From a virus, in the IMG/VR virus record IMGVR_UViG_3300008108_000011, positions 1 to 64,000 of that record: 64,000 nucleotides of DNA; one strand, written 5' to 3'. Below the pieces are notes generated by a model. That model was not told the DNA's origin. It worked only from the letters and a program-made list of their open reading frames with translations, and did not search any database. Shown in pieces: positions 32,716 to 41,967 of this stretch (its first letter is position 1; each line of letters opens with the position of its first letter). The translations under genes and the position numbers were made by a program.

Positions 32716-35435
32716 ACTACGATTACTTACCCCAACCACCTGAAGGTGTATTAGATCCAAAGATACCTTGGAGTAGGATTAATCCTAACTCTAGGTTGTG
32801 GTTGGTTTTAAAATCAAAATTAACTGGCAGAAGACAGGGAGATGAATTCTATAGTTCATATGTAAATCTTTCTGATGCTGATGCTGATAAACTGATTGCA
32901 AACATGAAGAAGGATCCTCGTGGGTATCCTTCTTTAGATCAGACTAGTGGCACTCCTGTTCAGTGGATGGAAAGACAGAGATTATATCAAGAGTGGTTGG
33001 TAGAAGCATACCTCGAAAATCCTTTTCGTGAAGATGTAAATAAAAAAATTGAAGCAGCTGAACAAGAAAGAAGATTACTAGAAATACAGGAACAAAGAAA
33101 AAAAGAAAAAGAAGAGAAGGAAGAGAGAGAAAAAAGAAAGAAAGAGCGCGAGCAGATCAAACCCCCAGAGACATCCGTTCCTGCTCCTGTAGCACCTGCT
33201 CCTGTTGAACCTGCTTCTGTGCCAGCAGCACCTGCTCCTGCTGCTCCAGAAGCACGCAAACCCAAGCCAGCGCCTTTGAGAGATGAGGATCTGGTTGCCC
33301 CATATCGAATGCCATCGAATGTTTCTAAAGCGATGGCGAGTTATGGTGATGCTTTAGATGCTATTGGTAATCAATTATCAAAACAGAATTCTATTCTCAC
33401 TAGAAACCTAGGTTACTTAAGAAGGATAAATGAAGATCTTGGTGATGTAGAATTCTTACTCGGTCAGATGACTGAGAATTATCAAGAAGCACTTGATGAT
33501 TTTGAAACCGAAGAAAGAAAAAAAGCATTACGAAAAAAGATTGTTGGTAAAATATTTTCTCCATTTGGTAGTGGAAAAGAACCACCTTCGAAGGTAAAAC
33601 CAAAACAAGAGAAGAAACAAAATTGGTTTGATGGGATCACCTCGTTCTTTAATCCAAGTAAAAGACCAGAAAAAAAATTAGCATCAGGTGGAATTGCATT
33701 AGGTCAAACGGGAGGAGATAAAGTAATACCTCCAGGTGTGTATGATAATCCTATCAGAGGTAGACTAGCGCCAGGAACTGTAGTCGTTCCTCATAACAGA
33801 AACGACGGGAAGAGAATACTAAACCAATATGATCAGCAATCTTATATACAATCTTTCGGTGATGTATTAGCAAAATCATCAAATGCTTTACTTGGTTCTG
33901 CTGTTGTTGTATATGGATCTGTTCTTCGTAGTTTAGGTCCTCTTGCTGGATATTTTAATACTAGTATTTCTGGATTAATACCTACAGTATCTTCAATACT
34001 CAGCATATCTCGCAGTGCTGTTATTGATATGTTTGGTGGTCCTGCGTATGCAGGAACTACAGAAAATACACAAGATCTGAAATCATTCTATAAATCCTGG
34101 CGTGTTTATATGAATGATAATGATTTATATTTTCCAGGTGCTACTGGTGTTTTTGGTGGAGCTCCATTACCTTCAGGAGAGATTGCAGAAGATATAGGTA
34201 TCATTTCTTCTGCTGCCGATCTTAGATACGTTGGTGGAACTAATGTAAATAAATTACCTGCATGGATACCTTTTTCAAAAGAAGATACAAAGAAGATTGG
34301 ATATGTATCTGGGTTTGGATATAGGTGGGGAAGGCAGCATAGTGGTATTGATTTAGATGGCGATCCTGGCATCAAAATTATTTCACCTTTTGCTGGAACT
34401 GTATATGACATTAATAAAAACTGGCCAGCTGATGGTGGTGGTGGGTATGGTAATTTGGTTGGCATCGCCCACGATCAACCAAAAATATTTACATTTTATG
34501 GTCACTTAAAAGATGTTGCTACCAATTTGGAGATGGGATCTAAAGTAAAAGCAGGTGAAGTAATAGGAACAGTGGGTAACACTGGTCGTTCTTTTGGTCC
34601 CCACCTGCACTGGGAAGTTAGAACACAGGCTAGCGGAGGGCAAATAGATCCCGTTGAATGGACGCATCAAAACAAACCAAGTTTTGCTGTTGGTGGATGG
34701 TTCAAACCATTGGTTAATTTAGTTAGGAATGTCACTAGACCAAAAGGACTTAGTATCAGAGGAGTTCAAGCTGGTTTTACTGGCATGGCGAGAGAAGGAT
34801 TTGAGGCTATTATGAAAGGTGACAAATTTAGATTGGGTAAATGGAAACCACAGATACTTGGCAGGGGAGCATACTCTGCTCCAACACTAAAAGGTGCTCA
34901 AAGATATGCTGGTGCTCAAGGATCTTTAGGAGGCAAGCAAACTCCTGGTGGTGTTGTGAAGAGTATTGTTCCAGGAACTGCTAGGAGGATTGATATATTA
35001 GAACCACAAGCAGCAGTGAAACCAGCAACATTTGATAAGGGTAAACTGTTAGCAGATAAGTTACTACAAGGTGCATATGCAAACAGCCCATTAGCAAACA
35101 ATCTTCGTTTACAACTTATAACTGGCAGTGCTCAAAATGTTGGTGTTGGAATGGGAAAACTTTTCAGTAAAGCAATTGGTATTTTAAATGCTCCTGTAAT
35201 TGGAGACATGTTATTCCCAGAACCAACTGCTGCTGGAACATTAGATTATGCTAGATCTCAAGGGTGGGTCACACCGCAATCATCAAAACCACCAGTAAAA
35301 CAAACTACCATTCAGATGCCACCATCTTCTGCAAATGTATCTCCTGCACCCAGAGCATCTTCAAAACCTCAGTTTGTAAATATTGATATACCAACTGGTG
35401 AAGTATTAACCACTACACAAATGAGGCGCATGTAA
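32712..35435 (+). CDS. tape-measure/hub-like virion protein with M23 peptidase and putative ADP-ribosyltransferase domain
   Basis: H.G.D (HSGID) and HLH M23 motifs; FTGM...GRGAYSA...AQRYA...EP ART-like motif. Confidence 0.75.
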   Translation: MNYDYLPQPPEGVLDPKIPWSRINPNSRLWLVLKSKLTGRRQGDEFYSSYVNLSDADADKLIANMKKDPRGYPSLDQTSGTPVQWMERQRLYQEWLVEAYLENPFREDVNKKIEAAEQERRLLEIQEQRKKEKEEKEEREKRKKEREQIKPPETSVPAPVAPAPVEPASVPAAPAPAAPEARKPKPAPLRDEDLVAPYRMPSNVSKAMASYGDALDAIGNQLSKQNSILTRNLGYLRRINEDLGDVEFLLGQMTENYQEALDDFETEERKKALRKKIVGKIFSPFGSGKEPPSKVKPKQEKKQNWFDGITSFFNPSKRPEKKLASGGIALGQTGGDKVIPPGVYDNPIRGRLAPGTVVVPHNRNDGKRILNQYDQQSYIQSFGDVLAKSSNALLGSAVVVYGSVLRSLGPLAGYFNTSISGLIPTVSSILSISRSAVIDMFGGPAYAGTTENTQDLKSFYKSWRVYMNDNDLYFPGATGVFGGAPLPSGEIAEDIGIISSAADLRYVGGTNVNKLPAWIPFSKEDTKKIGYVSGFGYRWGRQHSGIDLDGDPGIKIISPFAGTVYDINKNWPADGGGGYGNLVGIAHDQPKIFTFYGHLKDVATNLEMGSKVKAGEVIGTVGNTGRSFGPHLHWEVRTQASGGQIDPVEWTHQNKPSFAVGGWFKPLVNLVRNVTRPKGLSIRGVQAGFTGMAREGFEAIMKGDKFRLGKWKPQILGRGAYSAPTLKGAQRYAGAQGSLGGKQTPGGVVKSIVPGTARRIDILEPQAAVKPATFDKGKLLADKLLQGAYANSPLANNLRLQLITGSAQNVGVGMGKLFSKAIGILNAPVIGDMLFPEPTAAGTLDYARSQGWVTPQSSKPPVKQTTIQMPPSSANVSPAPRASSKPQFVNIDIPTGEVLTTTQMRRM

Positions 35436-35436
35436 T

Positions 35437-37593
35437 ATGTTACTCAACAATCTTATTCCACAAAAAGCAAAGCAAACTAGACAGGAAGCAGTAAGTTTTG
35501 AAAGCTCACTTGCTTCAGAATTTAGATCATTAACATCAAAGAGTGGTGAGAATGTAAGGAAGGTTAATCAGCAATTAGATATTTTAATAGAGCAAGCAGA
35601 ATTAGAAAACGAAATTGCTAATCGTGTTGCTAAACTAGCAGCAATGTTTTCTAAAAATTCTTTGCTGGAAACTTTATCTTACTCTAAGATAGAGGAAAGA
35701 TTATCAGTATTTCCTAAAAAGACAGAAGAAGATATTATATTAGAAAAAAAGAATACAAAAAAGTCTAAGGTTTCAGAACCTAAAAAACAACCTAAAGTAA
35801 ATCCCCCCAAAAAATTGGCATCGGGTGGTGTTACTCCTCCAGCTTCTGGTTTGAATAAAGACAAACTTCAATCAAATAAAGGGGAGCAGATTGCTTATAG
35901 TGAAGTATTACAGCTCTCGATGAGAGCATCTGGTATTTTTGCAATCACTACTCTAGGAGAATTCATACAAGGAACAGGGGCTCTCGGGGCATTTTTTAAA
36001 CCTTATTTGAAATCAGTCGTAACACCATTTGCATTATCATTAGGGGTTGAGCAGAATTTAATTAACAGTTTATTAAATTCTCCAATTGAATCTGCATCTT
36101 TGGAATTAAAAAATCAACAAAAAGAGTTTGGTAAAACTTGGGCTAAATTTTTAAATGATCCTGATTTTGTTAAGATTTATATTGATAGAGAAGCAACTCT
36201 CGATGCTCAAGGAAAACCAAAAGGATTTGTTCCTGCTGATTGGAAGGAAGATCCTGAGTTTGTTGCTTTAGTTAATGCGTTTGCAGAAGAATGGGAATTG
36301 AATGCAAATGGATTGCTTGCGTTAATGGCAAGTGAAAGTGGATTGAAACCAGATGCAGAAAATGATGGTGGTTGTGTTGGATTAATTCAGTTTTGCCCTG
36401 GTGGTGGTTTACCTGGAACAGGAAAATCAGCGGCAGAACTCAAAGCAATGAGTCGAAGTGAGCAGTGGCCTTATGTAGTAAAATATTGGGTTGGTGTTGG
36501 ATTGAAAAAAGGAATGACAGCTGGTGATATCTATGGATTGACTCACGTTCCTGCTTGGTATGGAAAAGCAGTGAACGGATTAGCAGTAGGATCTCCAGAG
36601 AGAATGAATGCTGTAGTTGCTACTTCTGCTGATGGTCCTGCGTATTCTCAAAATGCTAGACTTGATTTTAATGGAGATGGGAAGATAACAGTTCAAGATT
36701 ACGACGATGAGGTTAGAAGAGTTGGTAAAAATTTCGGAATAAAATATGAGACTGGAGGTTACTATACTCCAGAAGAATTAGATATGGTAACACCAATGAC
36801 GCCATATCTATTATCCGGACCCGATTCTGGTTATGATGTAGTGATTCAAAATACTCCTATCATAATGCACGGTGATGAGATTGTTGAAGAGACACCAGAA
36901 GGAGTTAAAATTTATCCAGTAAAAAATAGACTGTATGATATCACAAAAGATCCAGTTGATGTTATAAAAAGATGGCAACAAATTTCTTTGCAATCTAATA
37001 CTCAACGTGTGGAATCATTTGCAAGAGGTGGAGTAACACAACGCCCCTGGTGGGATAAAATGGGTTGGTTCGGTGGCGCGGCGGCGGAAAGAAAAAGAAC
37101 ACAAAAAAATCGCAAGAGAAATTACGGTGATGATTACAAAAGACAAGAATTAATTCTTGCGGCAAAAGCATCTGGTGGTAGTGGTCTTGCTGACATTAGG
37201 GGTAGTCAAAGACTAAAGCAAGTATTTGATGATCAGAGAACTACAACGAACAAACTATCTCCAAGTAAATCAGAATCTCTAGTCATTTCTAAGTTAGATC
37301 CTTCTCTAACACCGATGCAAAATTGGGCTAAATTATTTCCAGATCTTGCCAGAAAAGTTAAACCAGGGCAATCTGGATACGATGAAATACAAAAAGTCTT
37401 ATCATCTTCAGGAACCAGAGAAGTAGCATCACAAACAAAATCAACTGGCACAGTAATTGTAAATAGAATCCCAATAGAATCCTCACCTAATGTGTCTCAA
37501 TCTGTTCAAAGTTCTACGCCCACACAAATTACTACAGTTACTTTCAATCCTCATCGATTGAGATCAGAACTTAATATGAGACGCGCTCGATAA
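35437..37593 (+). CDS. tape-measure/hub-like virion protein with lysozyme-like (transglycosylase) domain
   Basis: LLALMASESGL...CVGLIQF...LDFNGDG.IT. Confidence 0.7.
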   Translation: MLLNNLIPQKAKQTRQEAVSFESSLASEFRSLTSKSGENVRKVNQQLDILIEQAELENEIANRVAKLAAMFSKNSLLETLSYSKIEERLSVFPKKTEEDIILEKKNTKKSKVSEPKKQPKVNPPKKLASGGVTPPASGLNKDKLQSNKGEQIAYSEVLQLSMRASGIFAITTLGEFIQGTGALGAFFKPYLKSVVTPFALSLGVEQNLINSLLNSPIESASLELKNQQKEFGKTWAKFLNDPDFVKIYIDREATLDAQGKPKGFVPADWKEDPEFVALVNAFAEEWELNANGLLALMASESGLKPDAENDGGCVGLIQFCPGGGLPGTGKSAAELKAMSRSEQWPYVVKYWVGVGLKKGMTAGDIYGLTHVPAWYGKAVNGLAVGSPERMNAVVATSADGPAYSQNARLDFNGDGKITVQDYDDEVRRVGKNFGIKYETGGYYTPEELDMVTPMTPYLLSGPDSGYDVVIQNTPIIMHGDEIVEETPEGVKIYPVKNRLYDITKDPVDVIKRWQQISLQSNTQRVESFARGGVTQRPWWDKMGWFGGAAAERKRTQKNRKRNYGDDYKRQELILAAKASGGSGLADIRGSQRLKQVFDDQRTTTNKLSPSKSESLVISKLDPSLTPMQNWAKLFPDLARKVKPGQSGYDEIQKVLSSSGTREVASQTKSTGTVIVNRIPIESSPNVSQSVQSSTPTQITTVTFNPHRLRSELNMRRAR

Positions 37594-37619
37594 ATACTTT
37601 TACTAGGAGAGATAAATAG

Positions 37620-40331
37620 ATGTCTTTTGGAACCGAAAGCTCAGCATCAGTAGGAGGTCAATCCCTCGCAGGTTTCATAGTATCTAAAGCAACTCAGTCT
37701 CGTAAGGATGCGAGAAAAGAGGATAGAAAACAATCGCGCAGAAAAAAGAAAGAAGAACAAACAAAAAAAGAAAACAAACAACAAGAGAAGAAACAAAAAA
37801 TAGGAACTAAGTTACTTGGGAGTCTTCCTTCTTTAGGTAATCTTTTTTCATTTAAGAAACCAGAAACTAAAACTTCATCTCAGTCATCACAACCCAGATC
37901 TTCTGGTGGGGCAACTGGATTAGCAAAAATTCTTACGCAAGGATTTGGTTCTCTCACGGCTGATACGATGGGAGTTGCTTCTGGTCTCGCATCAGTTACG
38001 CAAGTTCTCAATAGTTCTTTAAGAGCACAATCTTTTACTGCAACTGGTGTTCAAACTATTGCTAGTATTCTTTCAGATCAAGTAGAGAATCAAGGATCTA
38101 TATTATCAACTGTTAAATCATTGAAAACTGGTGGTAGATCTTCAGGAACTGGATCAAGTATGTTTGGATCCAGTAGATCATCAGGTGTAAAATCTGATAC
38201 TCTAACTGGATTTGTTTGGGAAAAAGTTAAAGATAAAGTTTTAGGGTTTTTATCTGGAGCTGCTGCTACTCAATTAGGAAAACTAAAAAATTTATTTAAA
38301 CCTAAAGGTGCTACATCAACTGCAAAACCTTCTCCTTCTCCAGGTGCATCTGCATTAAAACCAAAACCATTGGGAAGAATGACAGGTTCTTATGATAGAT
38401 TTTTACAAGGATCATCTAATTTTGGTGATAGATTAAGATTACTTCGTAGAGGTCAAATAGGTCCTGGTCAATTATTTACTAAAGGTGGTGTAGATTCCCT
38501 GGCAAAACCAACTGGGGGTGGGTTATTAAAATCTTTTAAATCTTTTGCAACACCGAAAAATTTGTTAACGGGAGTTAAAGGATTAGGTGTTGGATTGCTG
38601 GGTGATATGGCAGTAAATAAAATTGGAGAGGCAGTAGGCAATAAAGTAACAGAAGATTCTATCAGAAGAATTAGTTCCTTACCTCCAGAGAAAAAAGAAA
38701 AAGCGATCAAAGGTTTGCGTTCTGAATTAGAAAAAGAAAAATCATGGCAATCTGGATTTGGGGGAGCTTTTGATAACATCATTAACCTTGGTGGTATTTT
38801 AGGGGAAAGTTCCAGTCAAACAAAATCAGGTGGAATTGAGCGAATATTATCTGGATTAGGTGAAGAGAAAATGGCATCAGGTGGAGTGATGCTTGGTGAA
38901 GCAGGTAAAGAATCTGTCGTTGATTTAAATTCAAAAACTGGAAAAGATTTAGTTGGTAAACAGGGTGAAGATCCAGGCATGAAAGCATCAGCTGCCTCCA
39001 CTCTTGCTGTAGTTGATCAATTCATTAAAGGCATGGGTTCTTTAGGTGCTCCAGTAGCACAAGCACTCGGACCAGAAATTCAAAACCTTGCTAGAACTTT
39101 TGGTATGTCACAGGCATTACCAAACTTAAAAGTTGGTGGTGGTAAGTTTAAAGAAGATGGCGGTGCAAAAAAGACTAGAGAAGATTTCTTAAAAAATTTA
39201 ATAGCAGGTTCACTAGAATCACTCGATGCCAAGAAGAAAGAAGAGAAGAAGCAAGGGCAGGATAACAAACCTCAAACTACTAACGAACAACAGAATCAAT
39301 CAAACCCTTCTAATCCAGATACAGGATCAGGAACACAAAGAAATGTTGGTGCTGATGGAAAACCAATGGATGTTCATGATCCTAAGTCTTATGGTGCTGG
39401 TCGTCAGTCTGTTACCAAAGGAACTAACGAAGGTGTTGGTGTTTCGGATGTGGATACCAACCGCCAGACTGGGCAACTAGAAGCAAATCATGTGAACTTT
39501 AATCATGATGGAAAAGATTACAAAGTAAGAATCAATCCCAACAATGGAGATTATGAAGTCTTCCAATCTCGTGGGTATCTTGGAATGGTAGATAAAAAAA
39601 TAGATGTTGGCGGACCTCAAGGACCAAAGCCAGGTCAAGCGAACGAAGCACTGTTGAGAAAAGCACATGGTCAAGTTAGAGCATTCTTTATGAAGAACGC
39701 CCCACAGAAAGGATTGTCATTGAAGTACTTGAGTGAAGCGGAAGTTGATAAGAGCTCCACGGGTAATCAAAAACGAGGTGGAACAGTTAAGTCATATAAT
39801 AAAGGCGGCGTAGTTCAAAAACCTTGGTGGGATTTCATAGGAAATTTCATAGATACTCATCGCAATACCAAGTCAACTGATTATAAGAATCAAAATAATA
39901 ATCCTCTTGCCTCGATGGCAAAGCAAAGAGAGATGATGAAAGAGTTGGGTTATGAAGAAGGAGGAACGGTAAAAAGACCAACAATCAGAGAAGATGTAGA
40001 TGATATCAGAAGAATGATTGCTGCTTCAATGATGAGGCAACAGGATAGATATCTTCCTGGAGATAAAATACCAGTTGGAAATGATCTGATAACTAAATCA
40101 GTAACACCAAAGGTATCACCAGCATCCCCACCAACAAGTGCCACATCTAAAGAGGGTGAAGGTTTAAATTCTGCTGCGATTATTAATATAGTTGGTGCTG
40201 GGGGTGCGGGTATGACTATCCCATCATCGGCAGATGAGATGAATGAACAATCTACAGCAGAGTTTGTTTCAGATCCATGGCCAGGTGGTTTAGCATCTGT
40301 TCTTTGTGTATCATCACCTTGGGGGAATTAA
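37620..40331 (+). CDS. tape-measure-like virion protein
   Basis: MASGG...GEAGKESVV motif typical of tape-measure C-regions; Gly/Ser/Lys-rich. Confidence 0.6.
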   Translation: MSFGTESSASVGGQSLAGFIVSKATQSRKDARKEDRKQSRRKKKEEQTKKENKQQEKKQKIGTKLLGSLPSLGNLFSFKKPETKTSSQSSQPRSSGGATGLAKILTQGFGSLTADTMGVASGLASVTQVLNSSLRAQSFTATGVQTIASILSDQVENQGSILSTVKSLKTGGRSSGTGSSMFGSSRSSGVKSDTLTGFVWEKVKDKVLGFLSGAAATQLGKLKNLFKPKGATSTAKPSPSPGASALKPKPLGRMTGSYDRFLQGSSNFGDRLRLLRRGQIGPGQLFTKGGVDSLAKPTGGGLLKSFKSFATPKNLLTGVKGLGVGLLGDMAVNKIGEAVGNKVTEDSIRRISSLPPEKKEKAIKGLRSELEKEKSWQSGFGGAFDNIINLGGILGESSSQTKSGGIERILSGLGEEKMASGGVMLGEAGKESVVDLNSKTGKDLVGKQGEDPGMKASAASTLAVVDQFIKGMGSLGAPVAQALGPEIQNLARTFGMSQALPNLKVGGGKFKEDGGAKKTREDFLKNLIAGSLESLDAKKKEEKKQGQDNKPQTTNEQQNQSNPSNPDTGSGTQRNVGADGKPMDVHDPKSYGAGRQSVTKGTNEGVGVSDVDTNRQTGQLEANHVNFNHDGKDYKVRINPNNGDYEVFQSRGYLGMVDKKIDVGGPQGPKPGQANEALLRKAHGQVRAFFMKNAPQKGLSLKYLSEAEVDKSSTGNQKRGGTVKSYNKGGVVQKPWWDFIGNFIDTHRNTKSTDYKNQNNNPLASMAKQREMMKELGYEEGGTVKRPTIREDVDDIRRMIAASMMRQQDRYLPGDKIPVGNDLITKSVTPKVSPASPPTSATSKEGEGLNSAAIINIVGAGGAGMTIPSSADEMNEQSTAEFVSDPWPGGLASVLCVSSPWGN

Positions 40332-40334
40332 TAA

Positions 40335-41750
40335 ATGTCAGTAGATCTTAATGCTCACGTAAAGAACGTTGTTATTATTGATACAAACGGAGTCAAGCAT
40401 CCTTTAACTGGTAAGAATCCAGAAGCGCAATTAAATGCTATTAAAATATACGAGAGTATAGAATTGAATACTGTAGTTGCTGAATTAATGGTTGTTGACA
40501 CAGGAATTAACTTGATTGCTAGCGCACCTATCGTAGGCACAGAAACAGTTGAGATAGAACTAATAGCGCCTAATATTTCTGAAGAATCTTATAAGTGGAA
40601 GTTTGTAGTTTATGGGATTAGAAATAGAATAGTTTCTAAAAATATGCAAGTCTACATATTAGATTTGTTTTCTCCAGAAGCATTGAGAAATGAAACTTTA
40701 CGAATTGGAAAAGCTATATCAGGCACGGGCGACTCCATCGTTAGTCAAATCTTAAAGGATTACTTAGACACCGATAAAGATATATCATCGGAATCTTGTA
40801 AGTATAAAATGAAACAGATACCATCATTGAAAAGACCATTCGATGTTGTCTCATCAATGCTTCCTGAATGTGTATCTTCATCCGCTACAACTCCACTAGC
40901 CCCTCAACCATCTGCAACATCTTCTAAAGGTGGATCCACTAGTGCTTCTGGTGGTCAGACACAAGCTGCTACTAAAGAAACTGCAACTGTTGTTTCTGGT
41001 TCTGCTGGATACATGTTCTTTGAAACATATGATGGTTATGTTTTCAAATCTATAGATGCTTTAATACAAGAAAATCAAAACAAACACCCAGAATATGTTT
41101 ATGGTATGGCGCAAGATGATAATTCAAATGCACAAAAGAACTCTTATCTTATTTTGAATTATTCTTTTGGCAGTCAAGAAAATATTTTGAAAAAGATGCG
41201 TTATGGTGTTTACTCATCGATGATATCATTTTTCAATCCATCTAACTTAGAGTATGAAGAATACTTTTTTGATCTCAGTAAAGAATATCCTAGGATGGTT
41301 CACTTAGGAACTGATGAAGATATCCCAGAGACAATTAAAACTTTGGCAAAGTATCCTTCTAGAGTTATGTTACAATTTTTTGATCATGAAACATTCCATG
41401 ACGCAGATACAATTGCTGATCCACAGAAGGCTGGTGCTAGTGGAGGAACACAATACCCAGACTTCAGGAAGCAATGGATGGCTCAATCGATGAGCAGGCA
41501 TATGATTTTGAATAACCAGATACTAAATATCACTATACCTATTAATTTCGGAATTAGAGCTGGCGATAAACTGAACGTTAAGTTACCTAACCAATCAGTC
41601 TCCTCTAAAAGAGAAGAAGAAAAATATGATTTAGTGAACAGTGGTTTGTATCTAGTTAAGAAAATTTCTTATGATATAACTAGAGACTCTTCTAAGGGAT
41701 TGATCGCAGTTTGTAATTTGGAACTTATTAGAGATAATTTAGGGAGTTAG
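40335..41750 (+). CDS. baseplate hub protein (gp27/gpD-like)
   Basis: IYESI...D...G.E.V.I; FFET.DGY.FKSID.L; SG.YLV..I. Confidence 0.7.
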   Translation: MSVDLNAHVKNVVIIDTNGVKHPLTGKNPEAQLNAIKIYESIELNTVVAELMVVDTGINLIASAPIVGTETVEIELIAPNISEESYKWKFVVYGIRNRIVSKNMQVYILDLFSPEALRNETLRIGKAISGTGDSIVSQILKDYLDTDKDISSESCKYKMKQIPSLKRPFDVVSSMLPECVSSSATTPLAPQPSATSSKGGSTSASGGQTQAATKETATVVSGSAGYMFFETYDGYVFKSIDALIQENQNKHPEYVYGMAQDDNSNAQKNSYLILNYSFGSQENILKKMRYGVYSSMISFFNPSNLEYEEYFFDLSKEYPRMVHLGTDEDIPETIKTLAKYPSRVMLQFFDHETFHDADTIADPQKAGASGGTQYPDFRKQWMAQSMSRHMILNNQILNITIPINFGIRAGDKLNVKLPNQSVSSKREEEKYDLVNSGLYLVKKISYDITRDSSKGLIAVCNLELIRDNLGS

Positions 41751-41752
41751 TA

Positions 41753-41965
41753 ATGGAAAACATTCAAAAACATATAGAACACGATAAGAGAATCTTAGAT
41801 GATCCTCTATCTTCTTCTCAATCAAGAAGACATGCTGAAGAAGAACTGGAATCTTTGGAAGCATATCATTCTCGTCACCCAGAAGATGATCATGATCCAT
41901 CGCCATTGGAATTATACTGTGACGAAAATCCAAATGCTTTAGAGTGTAGAATTTACGACAACTAA
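41753..41965 (+). CDS. cp12: CP12 Calvin-cycle inhibitor (phage type, C-terminal Cys pair only)
   Basis: LELYCDENPNALECRIYDN C-terminal CP12 motif. Confidence 0.85.
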   Translation: MENIQKHIEHDKRILDDPLSSSQSRRHAEEELESLEAYHSRHPEDDHDPSPLELYCDENPNALECRIYDN

Positions 41966-41967
41966 TT

